Shown here: piece by piece, positions 47,715 to 50,859 of the stretch
How positions within the stretch are numbered: position 1 is the stretch's first letter
How the letters are laid out: each line of letters opens with the position of its first letter
Assembly (NCBI GenBank): GCA_048061535.1
Contig: JBGMRN010000005.1
Coordinates: forward strand, 1 to 50,859
DNA: 50,859 nucleotides
Reading direction: 5' to 3'
Source: Thermoanaerobaculales bacterium
GTDB taxonomy: Bacteria; Acidobacteriota; Thermoanaerobaculia; Thermoanaerobaculales; Sulfomarinibacteraceae
Notes under the pieces: model-generated
Seen by the model: the letters and a program-made list of their open reading frames with translations, nothing else
What the model was told of the DNA's origin: nothing
Database searches by the model: none
Translations under genes and position numbers: made by a program

Positions 47715-47807
47715 TAGGTCGCTGTTACGGCCGTTATCTTGTGGACGGGCGGCCGGCGGCGGCGAACCTTTCCAACCCACATGCGTAGAACATGGGCGTA
47801 TGGGACA

Positions 47808-47987
47808 AGCCCGCATATCTCACCGGGTTCTGTCGCGAGGGCGACGAGGCGCCGTGCCCGGTGGGGTTTTCGACCTGAGGGGCGCGGAGGCGTAAACTGC
47901 TGTACGTTGAGCACCCCGAGGCGAGAAAACACTGCTGGGTACGACGCATCGTCGTCCGCAGCAGGAAGCTGGTGAGATTTGCGGGCT
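47808..47987 (+). repeat. ~180-nt palindromic interspersed repeat, copy B (full length)
   Basis: AGCCCGCATATCTCACC ... GGTGAGATTTGCGGGCTA. Aligns by eye with copy A over its whole length. Lies between the MshEN gene and tolC. Confidence 0.85.
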
Positions 47988-48004
47988 AACAAGGAGGACC
48001 AACC

Positions 48005-49717
48005 ATGAAAATGAGCAAAACCACTCTACTGGCCGCACTACTGTTCCTGCTTCCGTCCCTCTCGGGATTCGCTCAGAGCCTGAGCGTTCCTTCCCTTCCC
48101 ACCGCGGTCGCTCCCCCACCCGCCGCCCTCGGCGGCACCCTGAACCTCGACCTCATGGCCGCCTACCAGCTGGCTCTGGCCCGTAATCTCAATCTCCAGG
48201 TCGGCCGCTACGATCTCGCCCTGACCGACGCCGAAATCCGCAGGTCCGGCGGCATCTTCGACCCGGCCTTCCGCGCCTGGGCCAACGGTTCCTCCACCCA
48301 GAGCCCAACGTCAACGATCCTCGAAGGCGCCAACGTCGCCAAGAGCGCCCGGAACACGTACGGTCTCAGCCTCGACCGGCTCCTTCCGAGCGGCACCCTG
48401 CTCGGCATCGAGGCCACCTCGGTGCGGAGCTCCACCAACTCGACCTTCTTCTTCCTCAACCCGAGCTACAACGCGAACCTCCGCGCGACCCTGACCCAGC
48501 CGCTCCTCAACGGCTTCGGAACGGTGGCCAATCGAGCCGGCATCGTGATCGCGGAAAATGTGCGCGACCAAACAGCCATCGGCTTCGAGGTCAGGGTCAT
48601 CAATACCCTCCGTGACGTCGAGCAAGCGTACTGGGAGCTGCAAGCTACCCGCGAGACAGTCAACGTGAGCGAACAGTCGCTGCGACTGGCGAAACGCCTG
48701 CTCGCCGAAACCAAGGCGCGGGTCGAGGTAGGGACGTCGGCCCCCATCGACCTCGTGCAGTCCGAGGCCGGCGTCGCCACCCGGCTTCAGGCGCTGATCT
48801 ACGCACGCAACGCCGCCGCCAACGCCGAGGACAACCTCAAGAGCCTGCTCGGCTTCGACCTTCCCATCGAGTGGCAGACGCGGATCGAAACGGCTGAATC
48901 CTACGAAATCGACACCATAACGCTCGACCTCGACGAGTCCATCGCCACCGCCATCAAGGAGCGTCCGGAGATCATCCAGAAAGAGCTCGACCTGGAGCGG
49001 CTGGACATCAACGTCAAGGTCGCGCGCAACCAGGCGATGGCCAAACTCGACGTCACCGCCAGCCTCGGCTACGGCGGTTTGAGCGGCGATTCGACGATCA
49101 CAGACCCGGAAACCGGCGAACCCATCGACATCCGCCAGGACCTTGGAGACGCGGCCAGGCAGGTTTGGAATCTCGAGTTCCCCAGTTGGACCCTCGGCAT
49201 CCAGTACTCGGTGCCCCTCGGCAACCACCAGGCCAAGGAGGCCCTGGTCCGCCGCCGGTTCGAGCGTGGCCGCGGCGAGGTGGAGCTGGCAGCCCTCAAG
49301 CAGCAGATCATCCGTGAGGTACGCTTTGCGGTGCGCGCGGTGGAGGACGGCGCTGCGGCCATCGACGCTTCCGTCGCCTCCAGCCGCCTCGCGCAACGCA
49401 ACATCGAGGCCGAGCAAACCAAGTTCAAAAACGGGCTCTCAACCAACTTTCAGGTCCTTCAGATCCAGGACGATTTGGCCAACGCGCTGCTCTTGGAGAT
49501 TCGCGCCCGCGTGGATTATCGCAAGGCGCTGGCCGCGTACTACAGCGCCACCGGCACCTACCTGGAGTCCAAGGACGTCACGATCGCCGATCCGGGTGCA
49601 CCCGACTCGCCCCACGACTTTTGGAAGGACGTCGAGTGGCTGCAGTTCACCGACTTCAAGCAGGCCCGGCAGCAGGTCACCAAGCCTGCGGAACAAGCGG
49701 GAACGGCGACTGAATAA
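48005..49717 (+). CDS. TolC-family outer membrane channel
   Basis: Signal peptide MKMSKTTLLAALLFLLPSLSGFAQ and two OEP repeats (LDLMAAYQLALARNLNLQ..., QAYWELQ..., LDLERLDINVKVARNQ). AAGGAGG at 47991-47997. Confidence 0.85.
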   Translation: MKMSKTTLLAALLFLLPSLSGFAQSLSVPSLPTAVAPPPAALGGTLNLDLMAAYQLALARNLNLQVGRYDLALTDAEIRRSGGIFDPAFRAWANGSSTQSPTSTILEGANVAKSARNTYGLSLDRLLPSGTLLGIEATSVRSSTNSTFFFLNPSYNANLRATLTQPLLNGFGTVANRAGIVIAENVRDQTAIGFEVRVINTLRDVEQAYWELQATRETVNVSEQSLRLAKRLLAETKARVEVGTSAPIDLVQSEAGVATRLQALIYARNAAANAEDNLKSLLGFDLPIEWQTRIETAESYEIDTITLDLDESIATAIKERPEIIQKELDLERLDINVKVARNQAMAKLDVTASLGYGGLSGDSTITDPETGEPIDIRQDLGDAARQVWNLEFPSWTLGIQYSVPLGNHQAKEALVRRRFERGRGEVELAALKQQIIREVRFAVRAVEDGAAAIDASVASSRLAQRNIEAEQTKFKNGLSTNFQVLQIQDDLANALLLEIRARVDYRKALAAYYSATGTYLESKDVTIADPGAPDSPHDFWKDVEWLQFTDFKQARQQVTKPAEQAGTATE

Positions 49718-49797
49718 TTCTCAGTTCTGAGTGGGAGTGCTTCGACTCCCTCAGGCCCTTTGGGCCCCGGCTCGCTCAGGATGAGAATTGAGAATTT
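49714..49797. repeat. Inverted AATTCTC-type arrays plus two small GC hairpins after the tolC stop
   Basis: AATAATTCTCAGTTCTGAGTGGGAG ... CTCAGGATGAGAATTGAGAATTT. Inner hairpins are GGGAGT-GCTTCG-ACTCCC (49733-49750) and GGCCC-TTT-GGGCC. Confidence 0.75.
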
Positions 49798-49825
49798 ATC
49801 TCGGTACGCGGTAGAATTCCTCATC

Positions 49826-49990
49826 ATGGACTTCAGATTTGTTCACCGACAGTCCGGCACCCTTCGCCCCGCTGTAACGATGGAGCTCTTTGAGCGCCTG
49901 GCGTACTCCGGCATGGTGACGATGCTCGGGATCTACGGACGCTTTGTGAATCCCAACCACGCCCGGCCGAACGAAACCGAGGCCTCATGA
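49826..49990 (+). pseudogene. Possible relic of a POT/PTR2 peptide-transporter N-terminus (or a small unknown ORF)
   Basis: TMELFERLAYSGMVTMLGIY resembles the POT signature ExxERFxYYGM...LxxY in TM1. The ORF stops after ~54 aa, with ATGA overlap onto the next gene. Confidence 0.3.
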
Positions 49991-50499
49991 TCGATTCCCT
50001 CCGCGCCCTGCTGACCGAGTCCGCGCTGCCCAATCTGCATGCGGCCCTGGTCCACTTCCCCGTCGCCCTACTGATGGTGGCGCCGCTCTTCGACCTCGGC
50101 TGCATGGTTTTCAGGCGGCGAACGTGGCTCGACCGTGCCGCCTCCTCCCTCTACGTGATCGGAACCCTGGGCGCCGGCGCTGCCTACCTCAGTGGAGAGC
50201 GCGCCGCCGATGCGCTTGGCAATATCTCGCCGGCGGTCGAGGCGGCGGTGGCCGACCACCATGATCTGGCGTTCATCACCCTCCTCGCGTTCGTGGCCAT
50301 CACTCTGCTGCGACTGTTGGTGACCTGGCTCGCGCGGGACGACCGGCGCATCCGCCTGGGGATCTTCCGCCTGGTGGCCCTCCCCACCGCCCTCGCCGGC
50401 CTCCTCCTCCTCGCCCTCACCGCCGACCACGGCGGCGGCCTCGTCTATCGACACGGAGTCGGCGTCGCACCGGATTTTCGAGCAGCGCATGACGATTGA
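49987..50499 (+). CDS. DUF2231-like membrane protein
   Basis: 170 aa with four predicted TM helices. The N-terminal LHAALVHFPVALLMVAPLFD is typical of DUF2231. Confidence 0.6.
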   Translation: MIDSLRALLTESALPNLHAALVHFPVALLMVAPLFDLGCMVFRRRTWLDRAASSLYVIGTLGAGAAYLSGERAADALGNISPAVEAAVADHHDLAFITLLAFVAITLLRLLVTWLARDDRRIRLGIFRLVALPTALAGLLLLALTADHGGGLVYRHGVGVAPDFRAAHDD

Positions 50500-50508
50500 T
50501 AGAAAATG

Positions 50509-50587
50509 CTGAGCGAGCAAATCGAGAAAGCGCTGACATGCGCTATGCATTGTGCCCCGAAGCAGAAAGATAGTGAGAAACGCGGGC
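50509..50587 (+). repeat. Palindromic repeat, partial copy F (one arm)
   Basis: CTGAGCGAGCAAATCGAGAAAGCGCTGACATGCGCTATGCATTGTGCCCCGAAGCAG...GTGAGAAACGCGGGC matches the reverse complement of copy D (32515-32570) and the right end of copy A. Confidence 0.6.
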
Positions 50588-50624
50588 GATGGGAGGACGG
50601 CGCCCGGGCGCTAGAAGGGAGACG

Positions 50625-50859
50625 ATGAAATCGGCACAGAAAGCGCGGCTCGTCGCCGTGGCGGTTTTCCTGGGGGCGAGCTCTGACCCCGGTGTCGCCG
50701 GAGTGTCCGCCGCCGAGCCACCGACCCGAATCGAGGTCCGCGCCGACCTGCGCCTGGGCGCCATCGAGCCGCGGCTCTTGGGGGTCAACCATCGCTACCC
50801 GTTCAGCGGGTTCGGCGCCTGGGACAGCGCGTCGGGGCGGGTGTTCGACGGGGTAGTGG
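50625..50859 (+). CDS. Hypothetical secreted protein, N-terminal fragment (runs off window end)
   Basis: ATG 50625 is preceded by AAGGGAG. It encodes MKSAQKARLVAVAVFLGASS (signal-like) and stays open to the window end. It is not in the ORF track because there is no stop in the window. Confidence 0.45.
   Translation, partial: MKSAQKARLVAVAVFLGASSDPGVAGVSAAEPPTRIEVRADLRLGAIEPRLLGVNHRYPFSGFGAWDSASGRVFDGVV

Overview
GC-rich bacterial chromosomal segment (by eye well above 60% G+C, not computed). It is tightly packed with about 40 mostly housekeeping genes. I found no rRNA, tRNA, CRISPR array, transposase, integrase or phage genes. The main landmark is a complete Na+-translocating NADH:quinone oxidoreductase operon, nqrABCDEF-apbE-nqrM, on the minus strand (5850-13003). 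Other recognisable genes are yicC, three MsbA-type ABC exporters, pepA, dus, a CBS protein, a K+ channel, a TauE-like exporter, an orphan LivK-like binding protein, mtaB, an HD hydrolase, mutS, nagZ, queC, feoAB, a secreted beta-propeller protein, a long-form hutU, an MgtC/DUF4010 protein, a PhoD-like phosphatase, hpt, an HAD-IG 5'-nucleotidase, mqnA, a DASS Na+ symporter, an alkyltransferase-like (ATL) protein, priA, an MshEN-domain protein, a TolC-like channel and a DUF2231 protein. The unusual content is mostly in the short intergenic gaps, where two interspersed repeat families recur. (1) An imperfectly palindromic element of about 180 nt, with termini TAGCCCGCATATCTCACC / GGTGAGATATGCGGGCTA, occurs at seven or more loci. 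It usually lies flush against stop codons, and in one case it contains the SD-like motif and ATG of mtaB. (2) AT-rich heptanucleotide tandem arrays (GGAATTC/AATTCCG type, often followed by GCCGGCGCG, and an AATTCTC/AATTCTT type) occur at seven or more loci, often as inverted pairs. One of these arrays encodes the C-terminal tail of mtaB. Other items worth a second look are a protein carrying the bipartite MshEN c-di-GMP-binding motif, an orphan intrinsic terminator preceded by an anti-Shine-Dalgarno-like CU-rich tract in an unusually long 520-bp gap, a Fur-box-like site between feoAB and the beta-propeller gene, and a possible relic of a POT transporter. I did not find a clear multi-gene novel protein system. 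All homology statements come from motif recognition by eye, not from searches.
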